A DNA stretch of 64,000 nt, taken from the IMG/VR virus record IMGVR_UViG_3300013126_000011; one strand, written 5' to 3'. Numbering within the stretch: the stretch's first letter is position 1; each line of letters starts with the position of its first letter. Below are positions 46,388 to 55,899 of this stretch, in pieces. The notes beneath the pieces were generated by a model. The model was not told where the DNA came from. It made no database searches and saw nothing but the letters and a program-made list of their open reading frames with translations. The stretch is from a virus. The position numbers and the translations under genes are program-made.

Positions 46388-49300
46388 TGAGCAATCTTAA
46401 AAAATATTTCGAGAACAAGACAAGCCGTACATTAACTGTCGAGTCCGTCAATTCGATTGCAATTGATTCGGAATTGAACAAAGATGAGCGAATTATTCCA
46501 AGTGTCGATTTTTCCGACTATGCCAATTTCGTGCATTATGGTAGTGCGGAACTTTATGGGACTAGAGCCGTAAGCTGGATTTATGACAGCTATCCTTATG
46601 ATGGTTCTCGAAAAGAAAAAGAAACTTGGTATCAATCTGGAAGCGCTTACGATAATTACGTTTTTGATAGTGAATATCCAAAGACAACTGGATATGTGAA
46701 TTTTGATGGTACACAATGTGTTACTATTTTTGGTGGTCCAAGTGTCGATAATGTTTATCAATCTGGAACAAGAGAGGCGAATCTTGTTTATGATTTTGAT
46801 AAAGGCGTCACTATAGAGTTTTGGATGGATGAGGTTGCCGGGAGGACTGGCAGTGTCGTTGTATTTGATTCTTCAAATTCCGGTACGGCTGTTTATGGTA
46901 CTCCAGATTATTTTAGAGTATTGGCGTTGTTGAGTGGTACTGAAACAGATCCGGAATGGTTGATTTACGTTTTATATAACGATTCTTTGGATACTTTTTA
47001 TTGGCAACTGTCTGATGTTTCGCAAGCTTGGCAGCATTATGCTTTTACTTTTAAAAGTGAAGCTGGAATGTTGGTTCCGTATTTTTATCACAATGGACAG
47101 CTTGACGAATCTGCAAGTGGAATTGATTATGGCGTTACGCCAAGTTCGCCAATTCCATCAATTTCGAATGGATTGGCAGCTTCGGTTGGCGCAATGCTTG
47201 AAGCAGACGCTTGGGAATATTTTGGTTTTGGTACTGGAGGTTTAGGACAACTTGGTTTAGTTGGTTCTCTTGACGAATTCCGTTTTTGGAAGACTGCAAG
47301 AACCTTCGAAAAGATCGCTCAAAATTGGTTCACATCAGTTTATGGCGGAACAAATACTCAAGATGACAATCTAGATCTTGGAGTATATTTCAAGTTTAAC
47401 GAGGGAATTACTGGAACATCTTCGATTGATTCCGTTGTCCTTGATTATGCTGGTCGTGCATCAAATGGAACGTTCGTGAATTACAATACAAGTTGTCGTT
47501 CGACTGGCTCTGCAATGACAGACGAGATTCCAGATCCAATCATGTACGCTAATCACCCAGACGTGTTGGCTTTGTATGAGTCAAAGCAACAGAGCGGTAT
47601 TGTATACGATACACAGAATACTAATTCGTTCTATAAGTTGTTCCCGGGCTATTTGCTTGAAGAAGATGAAGAAGCAGGAAACAACTTCAAATATATTACT
47701 CAGATTATTTCAAGCTATCTTGATGAACTTCATATGTTTATCAATGAACTTCCGAAGGTTGGCAACGTAAATCATTTATATGATACTGGTGGAAAGCCTC
47801 TACCATTTGCAAAGCATCTTTTGGAATCGCATGGCTTGACAGTTGGAGAGTTATTTGCTGATGCCGAGTTACTTGAAAGCATTGGCAATCGTAACGATTC
47901 GATTATCTTCGAACAATCAGTAAAAGATATCAAGAACACAATTTATCATCGTCTTTACGACAATCTAACCAATATTTTCAAATCCAAAGGTACTGAAGAA
48001 GCGATTCGTCATGCATTGAGATGTTTTGGTGTTGATGATGAACTATATCGTTTGGTTGTTAATGCAGATAATCAGACAGTACGATTTGATGAATCGAAAG
48101 ATTATCAGACAGTTACAAGAAAGAAAGTTATTGACTTCTATAATGTTGATCGTTTTGAAGGCACAGTAATCCAGACAGCCAGCAACGCTGATGAGACAAA
48201 TTATGTCGCAGGCTACGAGCTAAACAAGCGTGGTGGCTTTACGGTAGAAGTTGATGTTATTGCTCCAGAAAAGCAATCGCAAGAGTCTGAATTTTGGATT
48301 TCGACAGACTTTTTGACTTCATCAATCTGCGGATATCGCGATGCAAGCAACACTGGCAGCTATGAATGGAACAACAATTCTGCTTCGTTTGACGTATTGA
48401 TTTATCGTGATGACTCAAACTCATCTTCTGGTCGATTTTGCTTGACAGGAACATTTGGTTCTCTAGAAAGCGATACAATCAACGACTTGTATGATGGTCG
48501 CAATTGGCATCTGTACGTACGAGCAAATACAGAACTACACAAAGAAACCGATAGTAGATATATCGAGTTTGGTGGATATAAATACGAAATCGATCAGTTG
48601 GCTGATTCGTTTGCACTGAGTGTCTCCTATCCTGCTGGTGACGTTTCTGGTTTGATTGCGCAACCAAAGCGATATTATGTTGGATCGTTGCATTCAGATT
48701 TTCTGAGTGCTAGTTTAATCTATAGAACCGATGTGCGAGTTGCAGATTTTAAGGTTTGGCAAGCATGTCTAGAAGATAATGAAATTATTAGTCACGCCAA
48801 AGACATTAATAGTTTTGGACGAGATTATGGTTCAGATTACGATTCCCTATTGTATTTGGATGGAATCAAAATCAAGAATAGTGCTATGTTGGCTTTACAT
48901 TGGGATTTCGAACTTGTCACTGGTTCAAACAATGTCGGTGAGTTGGAAGTACTTGACATTTCCAGTGGATCGGCAGACTTCTACGCAAATAATACATATG
49001 GATTTTTAAGTGAGTCACTTTGTTTGAAGCATCCTGGCTTGTGCATGTATATGCCAGCGGATTCAAGCGATGTGGTTGATGTAGAATATATCCAAATCGC
49101 CAAGAGTGAAATTCCTGGTAGTGTTGGTACGTCTGGAATGGTTGGCGTTTTTGATGAAAACTCAGAATCGATTCCAGCCTCGTTTAGACCGGTGCAGCAT
49201 TCGTTTTCGCTAGAAAAGAGTATGTGGAGAACAATCTCAGAAGAGATCTTAAAGACCTTCTCTGCAATCGTAGAGTTCAACAATCTGATCGGTATGCCGC

Positions 49301-52300
49301 TTGACAAATACAAGCCATCGTATGATCGATTGAGAACAGTAAGAGAAAAATACTTCGCAAATGTAACAGATCGCTCAACGATTGAGCGATTTACCTCATT
49401 CTATAAGTGGCTTGATGGAGCAGTTGTTGCCGTTATTTCGAATCTAGTACCAGCAGGAGCATCTTTCTCCGTCAAGATCGGTGATGTTATCGAAAGTCAC
49501 GTACTTGAGCGCAACAAAGTACAATATCAATTGCCCGTTTATCACTCGGCAAAGCAACGTGAAAATCTAGCAACTATTGATATGTCCGATGTTCAAGGAG
49601 ATCAACAATATTCAATCGAAGGCACAATTACGATGCCAACGATGACCGGACTTCCAAGAGCAGACGAAAGAAAGTATGCGTGCGTTCAGACTACTGGAAG
49701 AAAAGAGAATAATCTATGGCTTCGTGATCATCCAGAAGATTTCGGACAAAACTATATCGAATCACCATATGTCGAAGGGCTAGTTGACTATGCCGTTCCA
49801 GTAAGAGATCGTGTCGAAACGATTTTTGTTAATAAGTTTGCATCCCCTGGTGGAGCAGATACAATGGGCGTTGGAGCCTGTGATCCAGAAAGTGAAGAAT
49901 ATTCAGTTTATAACAGCTTGAATTATCGAAACCTTTCTGTTAGAATGCCACTTGATACTCTAATGAGCAAACACAGTGCTCAATTTGGATATGACTCTCA
50001 GTATGGTGCTCCAAGTGCATCATATTGTAAGGCAAATCGAAATACCAGATATGTTGCTATTGATGATAATACTCTAGAGCCTCGCTATGATAACGAATTT
50101 GTCGGTCACAGTATTCCGATGAACGACAAGCAATATGCTTGGATTACTGCCTCTGTTGAAACTGCTTCTGTCGGTTATGCGCCAGAAGACGGAATGGACA
50201 ATATTGACGGAGAATATGTACCATTCTTTGAATTCGGTACAGCATCTACTCTGCAAGACGCTTTGCATTATGATCGATTTGGTTATCCAACTTGGAAGCA
50301 ATTGCGCTCTGGTGATCATCTAGAAGCAAGATTACAGAAGAAAAACAACCAAATCGTCATTGAGCCATCAGACAACAATACAGCTAGCTATCACGAACCA
50401 GCCGTAAGCTGGAATTATCCATTGCGTCAGAGATTGGTTGATAATGAGACAGGCGATCCGGCTCATATAGTTTATCCATTCTCAAATCAGAGACAAAGAT
50501 TTGCTCAACCAGCATTGCAAGATCAACTATTGGGAGATTATCGACAAGACAATAGAACGTTGTATGATTCGTATAGTAAAATGTACTTGAATGACAGCAA
50601 AGAAGCAGAATTTGTTAGTCTTCACTACGAAGAACAAATTTTCCCTAGAGCGGTGAATGTCGGCTCAACAACTCAACGAGACAAACCAGATTATCAAGAA
50701 GTAGTTGGCACTGGATCAAACGGTTACGATCGAGGCGTGTTGGAGCGTAGAAAGATTTGGGCAACCAACAAGAGTGATCGCGGAAGATCGTTCCCTGCCG
50801 GTCACAATGCTTTTGACAAGGAAGATTTCAGGAATTCTGTTTGGCCATTGGACCTAAACGATGACGAATCCGAAGCTGGTTCTGTTGGTAAGGGAGGTGA
50901 ATTAAATAACACTTGGCAGGATGCTGCTGGTTATCGTTATACATCGTTTACCGGTCAAGATAACGATGCAAAAATGGCGACAGCCAGTTGTCTATATGCG
51001 CATAACGTCAGAATCAATAATGATAGCTACGAAGTTGGTATGCCAAACTGGACTTGCGGTTCTGAAGCTGGCAATGCTCCGTGGTACAATGATTATAATG
51101 AGTTTGCAGCAGATCTTCGACCAATGAGTCAGCGTTATGGATTTATTCCAGAATACCGTGTATCAGAATATATGGATTTCTTTGTCGATGATAATGGTGG
51201 AAACTTTAGAGCAACACAAAGAACGCTTCCAATCAAACTTGACGGAGTTGAACATTCTGCTAGCTCTGATTCTGTACTGTTCGCAGAACATACGTTCACA
51301 GATGATTTTGAATACTTTAATGAGTTGATGAAGGATCATGAGCAACACAAAGAGAACGCTCGTCTAAGTCTTAAGTGCAGTGGTCTTAAGAAGTTGTTGC
51401 CGTACAATGGATTCTATCCACAACACAGAACAGTGCAGTTGGCAAATTTGTTTTCAAGCAGCTTTGCTGAACACATCGAAGGACTAAGTGGCGCTGGTAC
51501 GGGAACAGAATCAATCGATCAACAAGATCAATGGAAGCTTCAATCTATGTTGCAACCTTGGTTCTCGCCAGGAATCGTATACAATACAATTAAATCTGGT
51601 ATTGCTGTTGATTGGCCAACATATTTGGGAGTTGGCGGATTTAACGGATCGGCTGGCGAAGCAGCAGGCGGAAAGGCAGTACATTTAGATGGTGTCAATG
51701 ATTGGATTATTATTCCCGATGATGGTGGATTAAATGCGGGTGTATCCGATTGGTTAGGAATTTCCTTTTGGTTTAAAGTTCCACCGGCAACCGTAAGGCA
51801 TAGCGATACGAAAGTTTTACTTTCCCGTTTTGATATATCTGATGTCACAAAAAGAATTTTTGAGATTGCTTATGAAGTTAGTAGTAATATTAGTACCGGC
51901 GCAGATCCATTATACGCTGTGTTTTATGATGGATTGGGTCATTCAGACTCTTTGTTTGGATATTTCGATGCCTATGATGGCGCATGGCATCATGTTGCAT
52001 TAATTTACAAAGCGGCAGTCGGTGCTAGCTTGTGGCTCGATGGTGTACAAGCTGATACGTTGACTACAAATTTGAATTCAACGTTGCCAAGTGGTAGTGT
52101 CGATATGGTAGTTGGTAATTTCCTGTCTGCCAGCACTGTACAGATATTAAATCCGGAGTTATGTTTTAATGGATATGTCGACGATCTTGCTTATTATACT
52201 GGTTCAGTTAGACTTCAACAAGCCGACGTTACACAGATTTATAATGCTGGTCGTTGTTCTTTGTTTGATTTGACCACTGTTGAACCCGCACCGGTTTATT

Positions 52301-54357
52301 GGTGGAAGATGGGTGACGGCTCTGGCTCTGGTCATGATGATGGGTACAATGGTTTAATTTATGATATGATTTCTGGAACTTTACCAGCCGAAATGACAGG
52401 CTCGACTATTGTTAACGCTTGTCCTGGTGGTGATTTTGGCTTTTTGTCGACAGAGCCAAACTTTAGAGTACCATTCGAATCAATGTTCTCGTTGAAAGAT
52501 TATGTACCGGCTTCATCTTCTGTTGCTGGCGTTGACAATAGCATGTATTTTGTTGCGCCAGAGTGGTATACTGGAAGCTCTGCAACAACTCGCTATCCAT
52601 ATTTTCTTTGGGATTCTGAGAAATCGAGTAATCTGTTTGAGATGGCTGCTCACAACTTCTTTGGAGAAGTCCCAAGATTTACATTGAAGAATGAAGGTCT
52701 TGCTTCGTATGTGTCAGCACCATCAAGCTTGTATAAGCCGATGGTTTCTGGAAGCACGTATTATATGGACGTGACCTTATATCAAACTGCTGATCATGAT
52801 ATGGTGTTCAGTACACATCACGGTCCTAGTGATAATTTGAGTTATGATGGTAGATATTTTGGACCCGCAATGCAAATGGTATCAGTTCCAGAGTTATATA
52901 CCGGCTCTGATAATCTCTATTCAATGTCAGCCGATCCGACATATGCAGCATATGCTCCACCTTATCTATATGGCAAGGCTGTTGCCCGTTTGTCATTTAC
53001 GCCAACACAGTCAAGACAATATTCACTTGATGAGATTCAAGCTGGAATGACTGTTGAATATATCAATGAAGGTCTTGTTGATATGGCTTCTGCTTCAATT
53101 GGTGAAGACATTCTAACAAACGGAAGTCCACTGTGGTCTTCTTCAATGCCGCTGGAATCATCTATTGAAATCAGAGGCAAGGCGAAAATTTCTGAGACAG
53201 AACATACTCTTGTTAGTGATGGCGTTTATGTGCCAACATCGATCAAAAACATCAATGATGCTGGATATTCTGCTTGGGCAATTTATCCAAAGTTTGAATG
53301 TCCTGTTTTGAACTTTGCGGATCTTCGTACAGCTTCTTTGGATACTGATTATGGTCCGTACGGAATGTGGTTGAATCATGGACGTTCATTGGAGCGTAAT
53401 GAAGGAATTTGGATTTCTCTTGAGGAAAGCTACAAGAAAAAGGGTGGTAGAGATATTGCTTCAAATACTGGTTCTTTGCTTGATGTTTGTGGCTTTATTC
53501 CGAGTACTCGCAAGATTGGTGAAGTAGCAGATAACAAGACGATTCACGAAGCTGTTGTGGCCATTCCGTTTGTCGACAATCCAACAAGAAGTGGCGCAAA
53601 GACAGTCAGCGTTGCCGGATATAATATGTTTGCAATCGATAAGACGATGTATTCTCTTCAGACCGCTTTCAAGACTGCTGGCAAACCAGCAGTACCAAAG
53701 GGTTCTTATGGAGCAGTAGAAGATATTCAGAATACAACGATTACAGATATGCACGATAAGATGAAGAAGTATTATCTACCACCAGCATTAGACTTTTCAA
53801 CCTATCCAGACATTAATCCATTTGCGATGTATATCTTTGAATTTACGAGCAATTTAAATCAAGGTGACATTGAGAATATTTGGCAGGGCTTGATGCCTTC
53901 GATTGCAATGAAGGTCGAAGGAGAAGATATCACAATCTCTCACAGCTTGAGCAAAGTTGAATTCTTTGGTGGAGAAAAACTGCCAGAAGGAGTGCGATGG
54001 TTATTGTTCCGAGTTAAACAAAGAGCAGAAAAGAGCTACTATAATCTTACTGCTGACTCTAAGGATGATGCAAGATTCCAGTTTGACTTCAAGGTAGGCA
54101 AGAAGGCACCAGAATACAATTACAACTGGCCATATGACTTCTTCTCGTTGGTAGAATCGGTTAAATTAGATGCCAGCTTGGATATTGTTCCAAGGGTCAA
54201 TCTAAATGTTGCTGCACCAGAAGTAATTGGTGATGTATCGAATATTGAAGCAAGACTTGGAGATGTTGCAATGAATGTATCGAAAGAAACAAAGCAACAG
54301 CTAAATATTGGTGGTAACATTGCAAACGTATTGCAAAAACAAGGAAGCAAATTATGA
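46387..54357 (+). CDS. 2656-aa baseplate/tail protein with LamG (ConA-like) domains
   Basis: WQHYAF..GSLDEFRFWK; KSKGTEEAIR (wedge gp7/gpI-like); DGVND..WHHVAL..FNGYVDDL..WWKMGD. Confidence 0.75.
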   Translation: MSNLKKYFENKTSRTLTVESVNSIAIDSELNKDERIIPSVDFSDYANFVHYGSAELYGTRAVSWIYDSYPYDGSRKEKETWYQSGSAYDNYVFDSEYPKTTGYVNFDGTQCVTIFGGPSVDNVYQSGTREANLVYDFDKGVTIEFWMDEVAGRTGSVVVFDSSNSGTAVYGTPDYFRVLALLSGTETDPEWLIYVLYNDSLDTFYWQLSDVSQAWQHYAFTFKSEAGMLVPYFYHNGQLDESASGIDYGVTPSSPIPSISNGLAASVGAMLEADAWEYFGFGTGGLGQLGLVGSLDEFRFWKTARTFEKIAQNWFTSVYGGTNTQDDNLDLGVYFKFNEGITGTSSIDSVVLDYAGRASNGTFVNYNTSCRSTGSAMTDEIPDPIMYANHPDVLALYESKQQSGIVYDTQNTNSFYKLFPGYLLEEDEEAGNNFKYITQIISSYLDELHMFINELPKVGNVNHLYDTGGKPLPFAKHLLESHGLTVGELFADAELLESIGNRNDSIIFEQSVKDIKNTIYHRLYDNLTNIFKSKGTEEAIRHALRCFGVDDELYRLVVNADNQTVRFDESKDYQTVTRKKVIDFYNVDRFEGTVIQTASNADETNYVAGYELNKRGGFTVEVDVIAPEKQSQESEFWISTDFLTSSICGYRDASNTGSYEWNNNSASFDVLIYRDDSNSSSGRFCLTGTFGSLESDTINDLYDGRNWHLYVRANTELHKETDSRYIEFGGYKYEIDQLADSFALSVSYPAGDVSGLIAQPKRYYVGSLHSDFLSASLIYRTDVRVADFKVWQACLEDNEIISHAKDINSFGRDYGSDYDSLLYLDGIKIKNSAMLALHWDFELVTGSNNVGELEVLDISSGSADFYANNTYGFLSESLCLKHPGLCMYMPADSSDVVDVEYIQIAKSEIPGSVGTSGMVGVFDENSESIPASFRPVQHSFSLEKSMWRTISEEILKTFSAIVEFNNLIGMPLDKYKPSYDRLRTVREKYFANVTDRSTIERFTSFYKWLDGAVVAVISNLVPAGASFSVKIGDVIESHVLERNKVQYQLPVYHSAKQRENLATIDMSDVQGDQQYSIEGTITMPTMTGLPRADERKYACVQTTGRKENNLWLRDHPEDFGQNYIESPYVEGLVDYAVPVRDRVETIFVNKFASPGGADTMGVGACDPESEEYSVYNSLNYRNLSVRMPLDTLMSKHSAQFGYDSQYGAPSASYCKANRNTRYVAIDDNTLEPRYDNEFVGHSIPMNDKQYAWITASVETASVGYAPEDGMDNIDGEYVPFFEFGTASTLQDALHYDRFGYPTWKQLRSGDHLEARLQKKNNQIVIEPSDNNTASYHEPAVSWNYPLRQRLVDNETGDPAHIVYPFSNQRQRFAQPALQDQLLGDYRQDNRTLYDSYSKMYLNDSKEAEFVSLHYEEQIFPRAVNVGSTTQRDKPDYQEVVGTGSNGYDRGVLERRKIWATNKSDRGRSFPAGHNAFDKEDFRNSVWPLDLNDDESEAGSVGKGGELNNTWQDAAGYRYTSFTGQDNDAKMATASCLYAHNVRINNDSYEVGMPNWTCGSEAGNAPWYNDYNEFAADLRPMSQRYGFIPEYRVSEYMDFFVDDNGGNFRATQRTLPIKLDGVEHSASSDSVLFAEHTFTDDFEYFNELMKDHEQHKENARLSLKCSGLKKLLPYNGFYPQHRTVQLANLFSSSFAEHIEGLSGAGTGTESIDQQDQWKLQSMLQPWFSPGIVYNTIKSGIAVDWPTYLGVGGFNGSAGEAAGGKAVHLDGVNDWIIIPDDGGLNAGVSDWLGISFWFKVPPATVRHSDTKVLLSRFDISDVTKRIFEIAYEVSSNISTGADPLYAVFYDGLGHSDSLFGYFDAYDGAWHHVALIYKAAVGASLWLDGVQADTLTTNLNSTLPSGSVDMVVGNFLSASTVQILNPELCFNGYVDDLAYYTGSVRLQQADVTQIYNAGRCSLFDLTTVEPAPVYWWKMGDGSGSGHDDGYNGLIYDMISGTLPAEMTGSTIVNACPGGDFGFLSTEPNFRVPFESMFSLKDYVPASSSVAGVDNSMYFVAPEWYTGSSATTRYPYFLWDSEKSSNLFEMAAHNFFGEVPRFTLKNEGLASYVSAPSSLYKPMVSGSTYYMDVTLYQTADHDMVFSTHHGPSDNLSYDGRYFGPAMQMVSVPELYTGSDNLYSMSADPTYAAYAPPYLYGKAVARLSFTPTQSRQYSLDEIQAGMTVEYINEGLVDMASASIGEDILTNGSPLWSSSMPLESSIEIRGKAKISETEHTLVSDGVYVPTSIKNINDAGYSAWAIYPKFECPVLNFADLRTASLDTDYGPYGMWLNHGRSLERNEGIWISLEESYKKKGGRDIASNTGSLLDVCGFIPSTRKIGEVADNKTIHEAVVAIPFVDNPTRSGAKTVSVAGYNMFAIDKTMYSLQTAFKTAGKPAVPKGSYGAVEDIQNTTITDMHDKMKKYYLPPALDFSTYPDINPFAMYIFEFTSNLNQGDIENIWQGLMPSIAMKVEGEDITISHSLSKVEFFGGEKLPEGVRWLLFRVKQRAEKSYYNLTADSKDDARFQFDFKVGKKAPEYNYNWPYDFFSLVESVKLDASLDIVPRVNLNVAAPEVIGDVSNIEARLGDVAMNVSKETKQQLNIGGNIANVLQKQGSKL

Positions 54358-54716
54358 AAAAGTTGGTAATGATTCTTGCGACAGTGATGTTGGTTTTATC
54401 AATGGTTGGTTGTCCGACTTACGTTATTCGTGATGAACGAGCGGTGAGAGTAGATTACATGATGCTAGATCGAGTTGCTAAAGAAAGCGCCAAGACTATT
54501 CAAGCGACTATGCAAGATTACTGTGCGTGTCAAAATGGCCATTGGGCAACTGTAAGCTGTGAGAATTCTGCAAAAACTTATCTGTTCTTGACAACTAGAT
54601 TAAATTGGCACTTGAGCATGATGTTATACAATAGCGGACTAACTGAAACTAGACCCGGAGAAGTACCAGAAATTCCAATGCCTGATACACTTTGCAATGG
54701 AGGTCTTTCGCAATGA
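54354..54716 (+). CDS. putative lipoprotein
   Basis: MKK + hydrophobic core + MVGC lipobox. Confidence 0.65.
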   Translation: MKKLVMILATVMLVLSMVGCPTYVIRDERAVRVDYMMLDRVAKESAKTIQATMQDYCACQNGHWATVSCENSAKTYLFLTTRLNWHLSMMLYNSGLTETRPGEVPEIPMPDTLCNGGLSQ

Positions 54717-55090
54717 ATGAGCAACTAAAGAAAATCATTGAGTTAATCGGTACTGCTGGACTCAAGGAAGCAATCAAAGAGCTTCAAGAACTTTCTAGTA
54801 AGGCGACAGATCCAAGCAAGAAAGCAGTATTGGCAATCGTAATTAATGCTGTAGCGCTATATGGTGATAAAGGTATCGATATTGCTAAGGAAACAATTGA
54901 TAAGTTTTTTGGTGGTCAGGAAATTCCAGATACATCATTACTTTCATTAGAAGAGGCAAGCGATCTTTGGGCACAGATTCAGAATGATGAAGCAGATCAT
55001 AAAGAAGACGTAAATCGATTTGTGGCAATTACAACTTCAGTTGTCAGCAAGTTGTTTGCTGAGTTTGTAAAAGGACTGTTAGTAGTTTAA
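54713..55090 (+). CDS. hypothetical helical protein
   Basis: GGAGG SD; ATGA overlap. Confidence 0.65.
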   Translation: MNEQLKKIIELIGTAGLKEAIKELQELSSKATDPSKKAVLAIVINAVALYGDKGIDIAKETIDKFFGGQEIPDTSLLSLEEASDLWAQIQNDEADHKEDVNRFVAITTSVVSKLFAEFVKGLLVV

Positions 55091-55896
55091 TGGAATTATT
55101 CGATAAGAAATCAGAAGTAATAGATATCAAGCTTACGAAGTTCGGTAAGGAGCTTTTTGCTCAAGGCAAATTCAAGCCAGCCTATTACTTCTTTTCTGAT
55201 GATGATATTCTTTATGATTCTGGTTTTGTCAGCGGTTCAACTAGTTCAGAAGAGCAGAACGAGATCGTTCCTCGAATCGAAGAACAACCTCACGTCAAAT
55301 CCGTTCCTATGCGAACAGAAATGCCCTTTTTAAGCGTTTCGGACTCAACTAGCAACTACGCCCCATCTTGGAAGCTAAATGTACTACAGGGCAAAATAGA
55401 AGCTATAAAACGTGGTACGCAAGACACCAATAAAAATTTTGTGGATTCTGTCCTCAATACCAGAATTGATATGGAAGATGCGATAACGATTATTGCTTCT
55501 GATGGAACGATTAATCCAGCTGGTTACGTGTTCGAGTTCGAAGAAAAGAATGTTCCAAGCAGAACGGATATGTTTGACATTGAAGTATCGATGTTCGTTG
55601 AAAGTCCCAATCTATCTAATTCAAAATTCAAAGAAGGACAGTTTGTTCCGTTAAATTTTGCAAATATGGCACGTTCTGAAGTGATTGATGACATTTTGGT
55701 AGAATATCCTTTAAGGCATGTAGAATATTCCGATGATAATGTTGAGAGATTTTTAGATATAGCGATTGATCGAAAGGCTGAAGAATACAAGCCAATGGCT
55801 GTTACGCTAGCCGACAATCAAAAGTTGAAAATCGAATTAGCTGGTAAGATATATACTTCTCAGATAACCAACAAAGACATTGAGGAAAAGTGCTAA
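55090..55896 (+). CDS. structural protein, N-terminal paralog of 60415..61326
   Basis: DIKLTKFGKELFAQG..FSDDDILYD. Confidence 0.65.
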   Translation: MELFDKKSEVIDIKLTKFGKELFAQGKFKPAYYFFSDDDILYDSGFVSGSTSSEEQNEIVPRIEEQPHVKSVPMRTEMPFLSVSDSTSNYAPSWKLNVLQGKIEAIKRGTQDTNKNFVDSVLNTRIDMEDAITIIASDGTINPAGYVFEFEEKNVPSRTDMFDIEVSMFVESPNLSNSKFKEGQFVPLNFANMARSEVIDDILVEYPLRHVEYSDDNVERFLDIAIDRKAEEYKPMAVTLADNQKLKIELAGKIYTSQITNKDIEEKC

Positions 55897-55899
55897 CAC

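Noticed and set aside
38077-54357. Inteins, introns or diversity-generating retroelement in the giant ORFs
   Set aside because: No intein splice motifs, homing endonuclease, reverse transcriptase or template/variable repeat pair was recognised by eye
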